Of a stretch of DNA of 64,000 nucleotides, positions 43,801 to 59,449 are shown in pieces. Both the position numbers and the translations under genes were made by a program. Each line of letters starts with the position of its first letter. Within the stretch, counting starts at the first letter, position 1. Under the pieces are notes generated by a model that was given only the letters and a program-made list of their open reading frames with translations, was not told where the DNA came from and made no database searches. This DNA comes from the human T2T-CHM13v2.0 reference genome, Homo sapiens, in the NCBI RefSeq assembly GCF_009914755.1, contig NC_060931.1. One strand, written 5' to 3'.

Positions 43801-46800
43801 TATCATATTGTAAGCACTTGCTAAATGAAAGTTTTTACTAGCATTTTGTGGCAAAATGAGAAGATATATAACTGAGACCAGTAAGTTAAGCCATAATCCT
43901 AAAAAAAAATCTGTCATTTAGTAAATGGTTCACATTTGGAGAAGGTTAGTAGGGAGTTAAAATGTTTGAATAATTTGCCATTATAGTTACATTTTTACCA
44001 TATTATTAGACTTCAGTGTTTTGTTTTCTGAAATCTTTCCTCAAAGTTGTAGGCTTTATATAATCTTAAACATGTTTCTTCTTTATTTTTAAGCCCAGTG
44101 TATCTCAAGGAGAACTTAATTTGTATGTTTCTGATTCTTTTATAGTTAACTAATTCAAAAGTTATTTTGTAAGAATTCTTTGATGTCCAGAAAGCCTTAT
44201 CATTTTCTTATAATATATTCAAGGTTTTTTTCCTTTGGAAAATGGAAATCATGTCTTGCTTAAAGTAAATAAACTCAAACACCCAATTTTGGAGGACTGT
44301 ATCAAATCATATTCTCTCTCTCTCAATTTCTGGTAGTATCTTGGCTTACAGAAATGACCATTCTTGTTCAGGAAAGAATTGGATAGTTTAGCCTTTTTCA
44401 AGTTAGTTCAATTCAGTAAACATTTTTTGTTACCTCTGATGTATGGAGAAATATGCACGTTTCCATGGGTGATAGCAATAAAAACGATACAGAAAAATAA
44501 TATACAGTGCATATCCTCAAGGAGTTTATATTCTAGAGGTAGAGATAGATACATATTAAAGAAATTATAATATTTGACTGAATAAAATATCCAAAAGAGG
44601 TAAAAGCAAAATTTTATCTGAATAGTGCAAGAAGAATTATGAATTCAATTTGAGGAACTAAGGAAGGATTTTCATAAAATATATGGAATTCAAGACAGCC
44701 TTATTAGAATTTCAAGGATTATTAGAATTTCAGTGAGTGAAGTAGTTGGAGGAGGGTGTCGCTCTCTCAACAAAACCACTTGGGCATAACATAGTAACTT
44801 CATAACTCTATTGCTTGTGAAGCCACAAGTTACAGTACTTTGAATGCCAAGCTAAGAGTTCATGTTTTATTTTCTAAGTAATAGAGGAGCCATTTGAATG
44901 TCCTTGAGGAGAACACGTAATGCAAATGCAATTTGGGCTTTAGAAAGATTATGCTGATGGAACTGTGAAGGATGAATAAGAGAGGAGGAAATCAAAAGGT
45001 TTGGAAACCAAGGCTGTGACTACTTCAGTTCAGTCAAGGGTTAATGAAGAAATAAACTATGGTAGGAGAAAAGTTACAAAACAAAGAAAGGTAGCCAATT
45101 ATGATTTCTGGATTTTTACTTAAGATGAATGTTAGTTAGAATATAGACTGAGCTGGCTATAACAAGGAGACCTAAAACTAGAGCAAGTCAAACAAGAGAT
45201 AATTTTATTTTTTTCTTATATAATAGACCAGAGGTAGGGGCATGGCCAGGGTGGAGAAATTACTCTGCCTCATAAGATCATGCATGGTGCTGTTGAAAGA
45301 GGAAAATTGTCTCTCAGCCACTCTCATTCTGGTCTTTAGAAAGGGGAATGAGGAAGTCAAAAGCAAGAAACTTCCTTTTAGAAAAGTGACCCTAGAATTG
45401 TATGCACTGCATGCATTCACATTCCATTCATTGTAAGACTCCAAGAGAATTTTTGATTCAGAGTCTAAAACTTGCTTGTTCAGAGCCCAGAGGTTTTTTC
45501 TCAACATTTTGTACTTACACTGTGAGTGGTATTTGAAATTAATTTGGGTAATATAGAGAAGTAGGTTATAGAAAGTGGGTTATAGATCCCATGAATGCGA
45601 GGATAAGTAGGAGCCAAATGAATGGGAGGAGGAGAGAAGACCCAAGTGAGGCTGTTTCTTTACCTTGGCTTGAAGCCAGTAGACTGGCCTTGACATGGAG
45701 GCTCTGGAACTGAACGTCTTGCCACAGATTTGCCAGTGATGGACTGTACCAGCAGAAGCAGGAGTCCACATGAATCCTACACAAGCACCAGACTCATTTA
45801 TTACACTTATCAACCCTGGTTTTTAAAATTATGTAAGTATTAGTTTAATGCCTGTTACCTAAATATCTTAAGCTCTATGAGGCCAGGGACTTGGTCTTTT
45901 TTGTTCAACATTGAATTCACTTCATATATCAAAGTGCCTGATATATATTAGGAGCTAGATAAACACAGGTATTTTAAATTTATGTTTTAAAAACTTTCAA
46001 ACCTAGGGAAAATCTGAAACAGTAGTACAATAATTATACATGTTTGCTAAAACTTTTGCTATATTTGTATTTGCATATTTTTCTTTTTCTCTTTTCATCC
46101 TGAATCTACTGAGAGTAAGTTGCAAATGTTATGACACTTCCTAAATAATTCAGAAAAGAAGGAAGGAAGAAACAAACAAAGACACACCTGTCTGTTATCC
46201 TTTTAATTTCTTTACTTTTCAATTTACCATGTCTTTGTGTTTAATTATCATTCCAAGGATAACTTAAGTAAAATTACTTGGGAAAGTTTTGTTTCATAGA
46301 TACTTCTAACAAGATAAACTGAAGTCATTTACATGAATGTTATTTCTGAATATTCTACGAAAATAGATTTCATTTCATAATCACTTAAGCTATCATAAAT
46401 CAAAAGTCTTAAAATTAAATTTTATAAATGTTTAAATGATGCATTTTTCCCAAAGAGTAATTATTAGCTAAATAAAAAGAGAAAGTGCATGCCAAAACGT
46501 GAATAGAGTAAAATTGTAATAAAGCAGCTTTTATTCACTTGAGTTTTAGAAATATTCTTCATTGGCTATTTTTGTTTTACTTTGAGAAGTGTGATTTTAA
46601 AATTGAGATACTTGTAAATAGAGGTAAGAAAATCATTTTCAGAAGGTTCAGCATATCCTAGAGGATTTCTTTCTTCTAGGGATAAGTTATCGACATTTCG
46701 ATGACATTCATAGACCGCCCTAGAAGTTAAACATCAATAAACTCAAGACAATTCTATAATTAGACTTTAAGAAGTTGGAAGCGGGATTTAAACCAAGCAA

Positions 46801-49581
46801 ACAAGAGACTTGACAAAGCACAAAACTGATGTTAGGAAAACCTATAGTTGGTATTGCCAAAACACAAGAACACTGTCATTCATAAAGGACCTACTAACTT
46901 CCCAGAGACCCAGATCTAGTAAAAGGGCAGAGTAGATATAAAAGCTTATGTTTGACTACAAACAAATACCTTTTCTCTAGTTTAATATACAGCCTCCCAA
47001 ACACCGAGGAGAATACTTAAATAAGAGAACGGGAAATCCTCTGTTGAGAAATCTCATATATTCTGTCCAGAAAATAAATGGAGACATTATATCGTGTATA
47101 AATATTCAATATCAGAATGTTGGCCAACAGATTTGTTCATAGAATAGTACAGTGTATATTTGTTTTATTCCCATACAAGGCTTAAAAGTTCCACACATTA
47201 CTTACAGATAAATAAATTACATATATATTTTAGCTTTCTAGTTATTCTATTTTACATTCACAGTAACCTTGCAAAGGAAGTAGTGAAACTTTTAGCATTC
47301 CCATTTCAAGGCAAGGTAACTAAGGGACATCAAAATTAAATGATTTATCCAGTGTCATTCAGTTTGTCAGCACTGCTGAATTATAGGTAGCCATGTCCCC
47401 TGCACACTCTCTGTGTTAAGGATTTTACTGTCTAGGGATTCTGAATGTTCAAGATCTTCTTTGCTATTATTAAAGGAGAGATTAAGCTCAATTAAAAATT
47501 ACCAAAAAAATTAGCTGTATTGTCATTAGAGGGTTAATCGAAATTTTAATGTTATAGATCATATTAACCTTTTCTAAATAAGAGCACCTTCATCTGAGTT
47601 TATCCTTGTCAGACTTGCCCCTTATAACATTAGGCAGACCATGACTCCTCTTCAATCCTAATAGGTGAAGAAGACATCAGGACAGCATGGAAGTGTGTCC
47701 ACAATTACTCTGGGTTGTCACAAAGATCTTGACTGTTATCTAGGATGACCCTTTTTAGCATTTGAGCGGTCTCTTTAAAAATCAAACGAAATATATGGTC
47801 CTCGTTCTCATAAAATAAAACAAAAACAAAGCAAAACTGAAAAGACCAAGAAACAAAAAGGTAAAACAGATACACATGGGATTGTTCATTACCTGTAGGT
47901 TAAGAAACCCTGGTCTGGGAATATGAGATTGAATCAGTGTACCAGCTTTGGAACATAGTAAGAACTGAAAGACTAATAGATGACAGAATGTTACAGACGA
48001 ATTCACAATGAGCCATGAAGGAATAGGAGACCAATGGCAAGGATATAGAAGAACCTGGGCCTGAAATATGCTAGTCCTTCAGTAGCATGACTTAGATAAG
48101 GATCTGTATCCCTGGACTCCCCAATTTTTGGGGAGACTATACCTGGACTATTTTATTTGCCTGAACATCTTAAATAAAAATTCAAGGGAAAAGCAGTAAA
48201 AGTACATAACACAATAGAGAAATAAATGAAGAAAAATTAAAAGTACTTTAGATTTTCCCAACATGAATAAAGAAAACTGTCTGTAGAGATATCTAAATTA
48301 TAAAGAGAAGAAAGACATATTTTTTTATCATGGTTAATGGAGTTATAACTAGAAACAGAGAAAGCTATATATGTGTATTTATTTTTATAGGAATGAACAT
48401 ATGTACTCTCTCACAAACAAACACGTGTGTGTGCATATGTGTGTATGTAAGAGATATACCATTTATCTATCTTCCTAGCTCTCTATATAATTCCTTTGAC
48501 AATATCATTACTAGTAGATTCAGGTACTATCTCTCAAGGGATGTAGTATAAAACATAGCTTTCTCTGTAGAATGAAAAAAATAGACTAGATATGTGTGAG
48601 CAGATTGGTGTATGCAATTTCCAAGTAAACTCCAAGGCAGTGAAATACGAAAGTTTAAAAAAACCAAGTTTCCAAAAATATCATAGAATTTCTGAAATAT
48701 GTATATATCATAGAGTATATTTCTATGTAATCAATTAGTATAAACATGCCAAAAATATTAGCTATTAATTAAATTGGAGCTATAAAATAAGACTATTCAT
48801 TGAGAGTTTTACATGGTATCTCTGTAAACATGATTAAAGTTCTAACCCATTGTGAGATGAGGAATAGGCTGCCTAGCAACTGTTTTAACTAGTTCCCCTG
48901 AGATTCTCAAGCAAAAAATGGGTGTATGGATGGGAGTATTTATTTTTGTTTCTATATTAAAGCTTCTAGATGATTCCTAACTAGTCACTCTCATTGTTTT
49001 TCTTCTTTTCATCATCTGAAAGTAATAATTTTTAAAAATAGTAAAGAAAAGAAAGAAGGAAGGAAGGAAGGAGGAAGGGAATGAAGGAAGGAAGGAAGAA
49101 AAGAAAGATATATAAGGATCAACATGAGTCATCTCAAGCAATCACTGAAGAATCCAAATATAATAATGCAAATCAAAGTCAGATGCTTCTGTTTATCAAA
49201 TACAGGCATATACAGCTTTTTGTGTAATGCTCACAAATCAAATTCAAAGTAATGATACTGGCTTAATAAACTACAGGTTCATTGAAATGAATGGCAGGAA
49301 AGGTAGCATTTCTTGATTCAGGATGTAAGGGCAACTTTAAAACTCTATAGCTACTTCATGAAACCATACATTGCTAGGAAGATGTTCTCATAAAGAAAAC
49401 ATGGCAGATTAGGTCATTCTCCTCCTTCCTGACTTCCTGGTTAGGTAAAATCACACTCATAAAACACTCCCAGCACATATTCATAGGATGTCCTAGCATG
49501 TTCTACCAGGAGAGGGGAGAGAAAGTGTTTGGTGGTGATTCAAGCAACAGTAAGCTATGTAGAGGGTTTTGAGTGTTTCCT

Positions 49582-49582
<1 letters not shown>

Positions 49583-49623
<41 letters not shown>
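49583..49623. repeat. (AG)n microsatellite, ~20 units
   Basis: Read directly. Confidence 0.95.
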
Positions 49624-49629
<6 letters not shown>

Positions 49630-52600
49630 CTTCGTTTTTACTACATAGCTATCATAAAGCCCTTATGAGTTTGAGAGAGAAGAATTAAGAACGGATCTCA
49701 GGTTAAATTCCAGAGTTAATGATGTGTTAATGAAGATGTAGGAAGCAAAAATGATTAGTTTAAAAGGTGAGAATCTCAAGCAAAACAAAAGAGGTGGTAG
49801 GTCTGGAGTATCACCGATAAGTTACATAAATAAGATGTTTATTAACATACATTACCTATTTATGCAATTATTTTTGTAGCTTTTGACTCCATTCTAAGAC
49901 TATATTGCTAATAGGGTTTAGTAAACATAGTTTTGCAAACCTACATTATAAAGATGTTTCAACCTCATACATTGGCCTTTACCATCACGTTGAATACAGA
50001 AATACTGTTCTCTCTGGAATTTATTGTGAGTCCTGGGTTCATTTACATTTTATCAGTGACCCAACATGAAACATAACATTTACTTTTTGTTTAGTACTTT
50101 CCTGAAGCAGACAGGAGAAAGTCATTGAAATTGCTTCAAATTACCTGAGAAATTGCCATAATTTGCAACTTCACAATGCAAGCCTGGATTTCCCAAGTTA
50201 GCTCTGATCTCAATGATGAGTTTAAATGCCAGGATGATATTTTAACTATGCAGAGTCATAGGCATACATGAAACTCCATTAGTTTAGAATCTAATGAAGA
50301 CTTATGTTGACATATCATTCTATGTATTTCAGCATATTATCTACTAAGACATTATAAGAACAAAACCCCCCAAAATTCCATTCTTTTTTGAGGTAGGGTG
50401 GCTTTTTCTCTTTTAATATTTTTTTACATTTGAGTTCTTCATGTTTCCTGAAGGTAAATGATGCATGAGAAAACTTGGAATATCTTGACTAGCATTTTAA
50501 AAGCATATTAAATATTATTTTCAAAACTGAACTATGAATAGTTCTGCACAACAATTTTCTTGTTGGAAATTCTGATATTTATCCATTTTTCCTTTGATGA
50601 CCTAGCATACTAATGCTATACAGACTACTTCATTCTTCCCCAAAGTTGTGAAACTCACAATTTCATGAAAGATCAAGGATACAGATACTCTTTGAAGGGG
50701 TGATTTATATGTTTAGTGGAAGATGGTTATTTTTTACAAGGACTTTGGATTCTTGTGAATGTAGGTTTTACAACTAAGAATATGTTAGATGTTATTTTTT
50801 ATAAATTTCATGATAGTCCTAAATTTCATTAATGTACAAATAAAATGATTCCATGGTTAATACAGTCCCAGAACTACCAGAGACCATGTTATTTAATTGC
50901 TATAAATCTTCCAAAAGCAACAACAGCAAGAAAAAAGTTAAAATTCCTACCTAACGTGGTGTGTTATTTAAAAGGGTACCATATTCATTGCTTTATTCAT
51001 CCTAGTTTTCTGCAAGAATTGAGAAAAATCTTTACATAGTTGAAGGTTTTATAATGAGGAAAAAAATCAGTAGCTTGCAAGGAAGCTAAAATAGGTTCAA
51101 TGTTGCTAAACTGATACAAGTTGTACTCTAAAAATGCAACAATCATTGAGAATATCTAGGACAACCTTCTTTCCCCTTTTTTTTATTTTAGGGTAGATCC
51201 TCTGTTATGGTCTCACTGCTAGGAACTTCTTCACATTATTTCATAGAAATCTTGTGTAGAGCATAGAAAGAGTTGTGACAGGGTTGTTTTGAAATATGTG
51301 CTTACTGGAGCCAAACTGCTAAATTTACCAGCCATCTGACATGAGAAAAATCATTTGATTTTTGTGTGCCTTAGTTTCCTCATCTTTCAATGCAGATAAT
51401 AATACCCATTGCAAAGATTGCAGTGAGTATTAATATACATAAAGAACTACGGTGTCTGTCCACAAAATATCACATGGATTGTGACATGGCATTATAACAA
51501 GCATAATGTTGTGTTGGCAAAATATTGTATCAGTTTTATAATTTAGTGCTTTGAGGTCCACCAAATGTAGTTTTTAATTTATTGAACAAGCATATTTGAG
51601 CTCTGAAATAGTTAAGATCAACTCCCTAAAATTATTGGTGCTACTTAGGAGGCCAGAGGTATAAATTGTTACTGTTGTCAATGTTCCACACAAATCACTT
51701 AGGATATGTGAATGTCTGCTGGACAGAATTCGACTTCTTTTGTGGGGAACTATCTTTTGTAGGGAAATGGGCTCATCTTTGAAGACACTGTACAACCAAA
51801 ATCAAATCATAGCAAGAGACCCACTTTATTAATTTGTCCAATTTGATTACTAAGAATTTAACCAGTATTAGCTTCTTTAAACATGCAATATGAAATAATA
51901 TTTTAATTGCCTGGTATAAGCAATACACCAATTAGGAGATTTGCTGAATGTCCTAGCATTTGTGCATCTTTATAAACGCTTCATGGATAGTTCCAATAAG
52001 AATCCATTCCATGCTGACTGCTGTGCTAGGGCTACTCACCCAGAGACGTGATAGGGGCTACTCCCCTAAGACCAATTCCTCCTGGCAGGCCACTCACAAT
52101 CTCACAGCAGGAGGCAGCTAAACACAAAATCAATATTAATATAAAATCAACTGCTATATTTTTAAAGAGTAGTGTTTGGATTACATAAGCAATCATAAAA
52201 CTCCCGTTGGCTTTAGCAAGAGGTTTAGTCCTGTAAACTCCAAAGGTTTTCTGTGTGTGCTGAGCAGACAAGCATCCTAACAGAATAAGCCAGAACTTTC
52301 CTAGCCATCCTAGCATGTTTGTGCCTTGTAAGATATTCCCAGTTACATCCTTTAATTTGCCAAAGGGCAGAAAAAGAATTTGGTAAGTTAACTTTCCCAC
52401 ATGCACAAATTTAACTGCTGTTTTGGTATTCCACACAGGGGCCAGATTGGATGGAAGGGCAAGAGGGCTGCTGAGGGAGATCACTGCAAGTGAAGGCAAA
52501 ATCTAGTCTGATGGCTCAGACTAAAAAACTTGGCCTGCCAATAAGAGGGAGCAGTGCTTCCAGTGAAAATGTGAGGCAGTGCCTGGCTTTCCCTGCTATA

Positions 52601-55337
52601 CTCCACCCTCCTCCACTCCCTGGACTGCCTGCCAAGAAAGAGAAGGGTGAGCAATAGAGAAGGAAGTGAATCACTAGCACTTCACAAGTGCTGCTGCAGA
52701 GGCCTGCCATAGAGAGCTGGCTGAGACCTAGGTGCTCTCCTGCTGATCTGAGAGGGCAGAAAAATAAATAAATAGAAATGTCAAAAAGAGGACAGCAGCA
52801 GTGTAGGGAAGGGAGGCAGAGAGGAACAACCCCGGGCAGGAGGAGTGTGGGTCAAATGTGAGAACCAATACCCTCCTTCCCTAGCTAAAGTTGTTCCCCC
52901 ATCAGCCTCAGTTTCCACCATCTCTGAGGCATTCACAGGAGGAATAACTGGTGTGTTAAAATCCACCAACCACTTATATACAGGAAAGAAAAAAAAAAAG
53001 ATAGGGTCTTTAATCTTGTTGCAGTAAAGGAAACACAATGGAAGATAAGCGTAGAGCCTCTCGGTGAGAGGAGTGGCAGGTTTTAACAGAGTTTCTGCTT
53101 GTGCTGAATTATTGAAGAAGGGCTTAGGGATGTGGAAGCCGATCTGGATACACTGTCAAGAAGAGGGGGCAGTTTAGTTACCGGACATTTCAGTAATCTT
53201 TGTTCAGGAGGCCAGATCAGCTAGGCAAGAAAGCAGCAGTAACTCAGAAGTAGCTTCAGTGTGATCTTGGCCACATCCTGTTAGAAATACACTTTGTTTC
53301 TGTTGGCCTTGTCAGTGTCCTGTTGGAAACATGGTTAATGTCTTGGCATCAACATCAGAATTCTATTACTAACAGTGCTGCTTTCCGTGGTCTCAAGTAG
53401 GAGATCCTTAGGACAAAACTCCAAGATATTAAAAGGAGAAAAGGAGCAGCAGGCATCAGAATTTTGATATTTTGTTTATTTTATAAATATGGCACATGAG
53501 TTTGGCTGGTGAGGCCAATAAAATACAGATTTTGTGTGTGTGTGTCACTAGTGTGAAAAAAGTTGTAGTGGAGAGCTTGGTATGTCAGGCAATGGTGCTA
53601 GGAGAGGCTGTCTTTTGGGAAATATTTCATAAAATGGGAAACACTTGGAAGAATTGGTAGTTTGATAAACTCCATAAAAGTGAGTTGAGTGTTGGCCATA
53701 GGTGAGAACAGCATGGAAGGAGTGGAGGGAGTGGAGAGAAAAGAATGTGTCCCAGGAGAAATAAAGGGCTGCAATATTTCAATGTACAGAGACCTGAGTA
53801 TGTTTGGGTTTAGGAGACACTGAGTTACACAGAGGAATAAAATATATGGTCGAAGGTAAAAAGCGGCTTGGGTGAGGCTGGAGACAGAATCTTAAATGGA
53901 GTTAATACATTATTCTATCTGTTCTTCTGAAGGATCAAAAAATATTATTCTCTAACTTTCCCCAAAATAGTAAGCATCATAAAAGTACTTTTCTAAGACA
54001 GTTGATCCGTATGCAATTAGCAAAGTAAAACAGACTGGAAGAAATAAAAATATTACAAAATTGGTAAACTGTTATTCTGTGTTTACATAAGACAAGCTTC
54101 CTAAAACACTGCAAAGTGTATCATTTTATTATCTACACAGAGCAGAGAAAGCAAAGGCAAAATGTTAATTATGTTTTATGCTTGCTGCTGGATTCTATTA
54201 CGTATTTATGATTTTTAAAATTGTAAATACAATGCAAGTACATATTGCTATTATCTTCAGTTTACAAATGAAGAAATTGAGGGCCATTTGGTATAAGTGG
54301 TTTGCATGGGATCACAACAATGAAGTGCCACGGCAGTGATTGCAACCCAGGTTTCTCTATTTCTGATGCTATACTATATGTGTTCCAGTAATCCATTTCA
54401 TCCTATCTTTTGTGTCCACTTAGTTACTATCTACTACAAATTCTACTTTTAAATACTATTTATTTCCTCAAAACAGAAAAAAACATGAAAATTTGTTTAT
54501 CCTATCTCTTCTTCCAACCACTACGTCATTCTTCTATTAACTTTTCTTTTAAAGAAAAGTCTCCAAAGAGTTGCTCTTTCCACTTCTTCACCTTCCAGTC
54601 TCGTTTTTTTTTTTCAATCAGCTTTATTGCAGCATAATTGACATATAATATATACACATCATTGTTAAGTTTTGATCTGTGCATGCACCCACTTAACCGT
54701 TACTACAGTTATGAACCAAACTCACCCATGAAAATTTCCTCATGGTTCCTTGTTATTCCTACTTCCTTTCATTATTATGGATTGTAGTTTTCTGTATTTT
54801 GGCATTTATGGTAATTTTGTGGAGAATGCAAAATTTGTGTGAATATTACTTTGTTGGTGCTGGTTTTTTTTTTATTTCTATAAATATTCTTGAGCTTCCT
54901 CTTGAGATATAGTTAAGTTATATGAGTCTTATTATAAACTTTGTTGCATGAGAAGATAGTAGCATTTCATTTAGGACTAAGTTCACCCCTCTGTTTAAAC
55001 ATAAACCTTCTGAGCAATCTACCTGATGTCCTGTGAATCATGATGTTTCCCATTCTGGCTGTTGAGAACAACACTATTCCTATCCCTTTGTGAGCACTGA
55101 AGACTTTTCCCTCATACCCTTTCAGGTGGTTCTTTTCCCAAACTCAAGTAGTTTTCTCACATGCACTGAGCAGTACTCAGCTGTATGTACAAGGGGGACT
55201 CTGGAGATTTCTGGGGTTATTTCTTTGTATAGCTCTCTCTACTTCAGTACTGTGCTGTATACATGCCAGCCACCTTGATCTCCCTGCAATTCCAGCTCCT
55301 CAACTCAAAGTTCTGTGTTCCACTTGTGTTCCCATTC

Positions 55338-56490
55338 TGTGGTATAAGAATAAATGCATATTTACTGTTTGTTCCATTTCTGGTACAAAGCAGAGCCTAA
55401 AAGCCTTGTAATTTCCTGAGTGATAGGAGTGTCTTTTGTTAATAATAACAAACTTCTTTCAACCACATTTGAATTTATGCTAATGAGGTGACCCTCTTAT
55501 GGCTGTGAGATAGCTTCAGGGTGGGGGTTGGTTGTCAGAAGAACCAGCCTTCTCATTAGAAGGTTGGAACTTTCAGTCCCTTAACCTCCAGGGAGAGAAG
55601 AGGGGTTGGAGATTGATTTCACTCACAAGTGACCACTGATTTAACAAATCATGCCTATGTGATGGAGTCTCCATAAAAAACCCTAACCCATGGGGTTTGA
55701 GAGCTTCCAGGTTGGTGAACACATTGAAATGCTGGAAGGGTGGTGCAACTGGAGAGGTCACGGAAGCTCTGCACCCTTTCATCCATACTTTGACCTTTGC
55801 GTCTCTTCCATTTGGCTGTTCCTGAGCTTTATAATAAACTGGCAATAGTAACATTAAAATAATTAATCGGGAGACCAATAGGCTGAGACAACTAGCACCT
55901 TGGGTTCTTACAGAAGCAAACAAAAACCCAACTCAGTGTCAACAGTAACATGAAACTTAAGCTTAGCTAATCAGCTACTGCCAGTCAACCTCTAAGGACT
56001 TCCACTTTAACTAGTCAAATATTTTCTTTGTCATGTTTCCATGCATCCCCTATAAAAGTGTTTGCCTCATGCCCCCTTAATGGAGCACTAACTGCTTGTT
56101 TTCTGGTGCTGGCCAATCCATATATTGCTGCATGCTCAAATAAATTCATTAAGATTTTAATTTGCCTAATTTTATCTTTTAATAGTCTGTAAAGCTGTTT
56201 CCAGTGTCTGTAAATTGCTACAGCAAATTCTTAACCATGGGGGGATGTCCTGGGAACCCCTTACTTTGTAGTTGGCCAAGCATAAAGGTAGGTAGTCTAG
56301 GCACCCCATTAGCAACTGGAGTCTGAAGTGTGGTCAGTCTTGTGGGACTGAAGCTTTCAAACCTATAGAGTCTCATGCAAACTCTCGGTAGTTAGTGTCA
56401 TAATGGAATTTAATTGTAGGACCTCTGGTTGGTGTAAAAAATCAGAGAATTGGAAAATTGGTTGTTGGTGTTAGAAAACACCCAGGTCTT
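55338..56490 (+). mobile_element. MER21-like LTR with a nested LTR47-like element (~55852-56183)
   Basis: MER21-type motifs (TTATGCTAATGAGGTGAC, GATAGCTTCAGG); nested element with TATAAAA and AATAAA; subfamilies from memory. Confidence 0.6.
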
Positions 56491-56869
56491 CCTTGTGCTA
56501 TGACCTGGAAGCTTTCTCCAGGCAGTAAATAGAGCAATCAAAAGGCTCATGCTTTTTGTCAATGGATCATTGTCTTTCATTTTTTAATGGTCAATGTATT
56601 GAGAACTTTTATTTTAAATATTTTGTCCACTTTTTTAGTTGCTTCATGTGGGAGAGTAAGTCCAGTCTCTGTTACTCCCTCTTGGCAGGAAGTGAAAATC
56701 CCTTTATCTCTCGAATCTGCAACCCCACAACTTTCCATCCGCAGTCATCATAGATGCTCCTACTGTTTTGTTCACGTGTGATCTTCAAAGGTCAATTCTC
56801 AATCCTCGTCTTATTTTATCTACTACTGTCAATTCCCACATAGTTACTTATTTCTCTCCTCCCTTGCTG

Positions 56870-57345
56870 ACTTAGGTTTTCTAGGGTGGCCTTCTTAAAG
56901 TGCCACAAATGGGGAGTTTACAATAAACAGAAATTTATTTTCTCCCTGTTCTGGAGAATTGAAGTCCAAAATCAACATGTTGACAGGACTATGCTCCCCT
57001 CTGAAACTCATAAAGGAAGAATTCTTTCTTGTCTCTTCCTGGCTTCTGGTGGTTTGCTAGCAATCTTTGTCATTCCTCTACTTGTAGCAGCAGCACTTCA
57101 ATCTCTGCCTCCAATATCATGTCATTCTCACCTCATGCATCCATGTCTTCACATGACATTCTCTTCTGTGTGTTTCTATCCCTTCTTCTTATAAGGTCAC
57201 CAGTCATATTGGATCCCTATTCTAATGATCTCCTTTGAATTTGATTACATTTAAAAGATCTTATTTCTAAAGAAGATCACATGCACAGGTACTGAAGCTT
57301 CAGATTTCAACATATATTTTGGGAGGACAACATTCAGCCTGTAAC
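56870..57345 (-). mobile_element. MLT1-type MaLR LTR
   Basis: AAACAGAAATTTATTTTCTC...TTCTGGAG and CATTCAGCCTGTAACA signatures. Confidence 0.65.
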
Positions 57346-58176
57346 ACTGATTATTCTATTATACCTTCTTCTGAACTTCTGAAAGTTGAAGCATCCTAGC
57401 TGAGTCTTCAGACTTCTTCTTTTGCATACTCCCTCAGTAATAATCTTATCGGGTCCTAAGTCTTTAAACATCACCTCAACATTAAAGTTTCCAAACATTA
57501 TATTATTGATGCCAATTTGTTTCCTGAATTCCAAATTCATATGTTCAACTGCAAAATCTATATTTCTAACTAAAGAAATCCAAAACAAAGCCTTTTTTCT
57601 GATTCCTGCCGACCCTCCCATCAAACATGTCCTTCTATTCTTTCTCATCTTAGGAAATGAAAATACTATTTCTCACTGTTGCTCACATTAAAAATTTGAA
57701 TAACTTTAAACTTTGTTAAAACCCAGTAAATCTGAAATTTAGCATCCTAAATTTACCATCTAGCATCGTCTGATATCCTTGCCCAGTCATCATTGTTTTT
57801 TGTTTCTAATTTAACTTTAGCCCTTGCAATAGTTCTCTAATTGGTCTTCCTGTTTACATTATTACACATTGTATTCCATCATCTGCAAACTAACCACAGT
57901 AGTCATTTTCATGTTCAAAACTTTTATTGGCTTCTCATTACACATAGAACAAAGTTCATATTTTTAAACTCTAAACAATATTGTTCTATGTAATCTAGCA
58001 TTGCATCCTCCTCCTCAATCTCACTTCCTTCCCTTCTTCCTGTTGCTCACTCCACTAGCTTTCTAGCTTCTGTTTGAATAAGTCAAGCACTTTCCTACCT
58101 CAAGGGCTTTGCAATAGTTCCTTTCTGCCGGGCACAGTTTTCTCAACCTTCTCATGAATTTCTTTCCACAAATATT

Positions 58177-58475
<299 letters not shown>

Positions 58476-59449
58476 TCTCTTCCCATAAATATTCTATAGT
58501 TCAATCTCTCTTTTATTCAAATCTGTGTCCCCAAAATCACTTCCAGAGATGACTTAAACCACTGTGTGTCCTGACCACTGTGACTTAAACATCACACCCA
58601 GGATTTCTCCAGTTCTCTCTGCTTTATTTCTCCTTATAATTCTAATCCTTTATTGACATTATTTTAGAGATTTTAGAGATATATGTATTTGTTTGCATGA
58701 TTTCCCCTTTCCTCCATCAGACTGCAGCCCTATGAGGATCAGGATTTTTGTCTGTTTTTAGTATATTTAAAAAATTCCTGCTTAATACATAGGAGTTATT
58801 CAAAATATTTCTGAAAATGGAGTAATTTTTATTTATTGATACATACCTAGTATTTATCAGAATGCCTGGCATAATATAGGTTTCAGTAGGTATTTGCTCA
58901 ATGAATGAAGAGTTTCTTAATGTAAACTGAATAAACAGAAACAAATTATTAGGAAATGTAATTTAGATTTAAAAGGCCTCTGTTGTTTACAAATGAATTC
59001 TAATCAGGTAGGTACTAGCAGCTCCTCAGGGAGGTAAAAGCTATCATTTAGAATGTGGCTGCCCTTTCTGGGTAGCTTTTTGTTTTTTCTGATCATAATG
59101 GCATGCAAAAAGATAATACAAGAAAGTACCAATGCTAAGGCTTACATTGGTAAAGAGAGAGAGAATATTACTCTTCAGCAATTGTTCATTGTTATCAGTA
59201 CTGGATTTGATTACGGATATAGGATTTATAGCTCTAAATTTGGAGCTCTAAAGAAACCTTTAGTTTTGAAATAACTGTAAGAATTTGTAACTCTTGAGTT
59301 TCCAATATTAAATCATTTTCCCAACTTTTAAAAGTTAGATTCTCCTTTTATCCATAAAATGGTCCTGAATACTTGAAGTTTATTATAATCACATATCTCA
59401 TGTTAAAACAAAAAAAAAGCTACAATCCCTGAACTAACAATTTTCTTTT

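Noticed and set aside
52032-53038. 155-aa and neighbouring minus-strand ORFs
   Set aside because: No recognisable homology or exon structure; the 155-aa ORF has a non-ATG start
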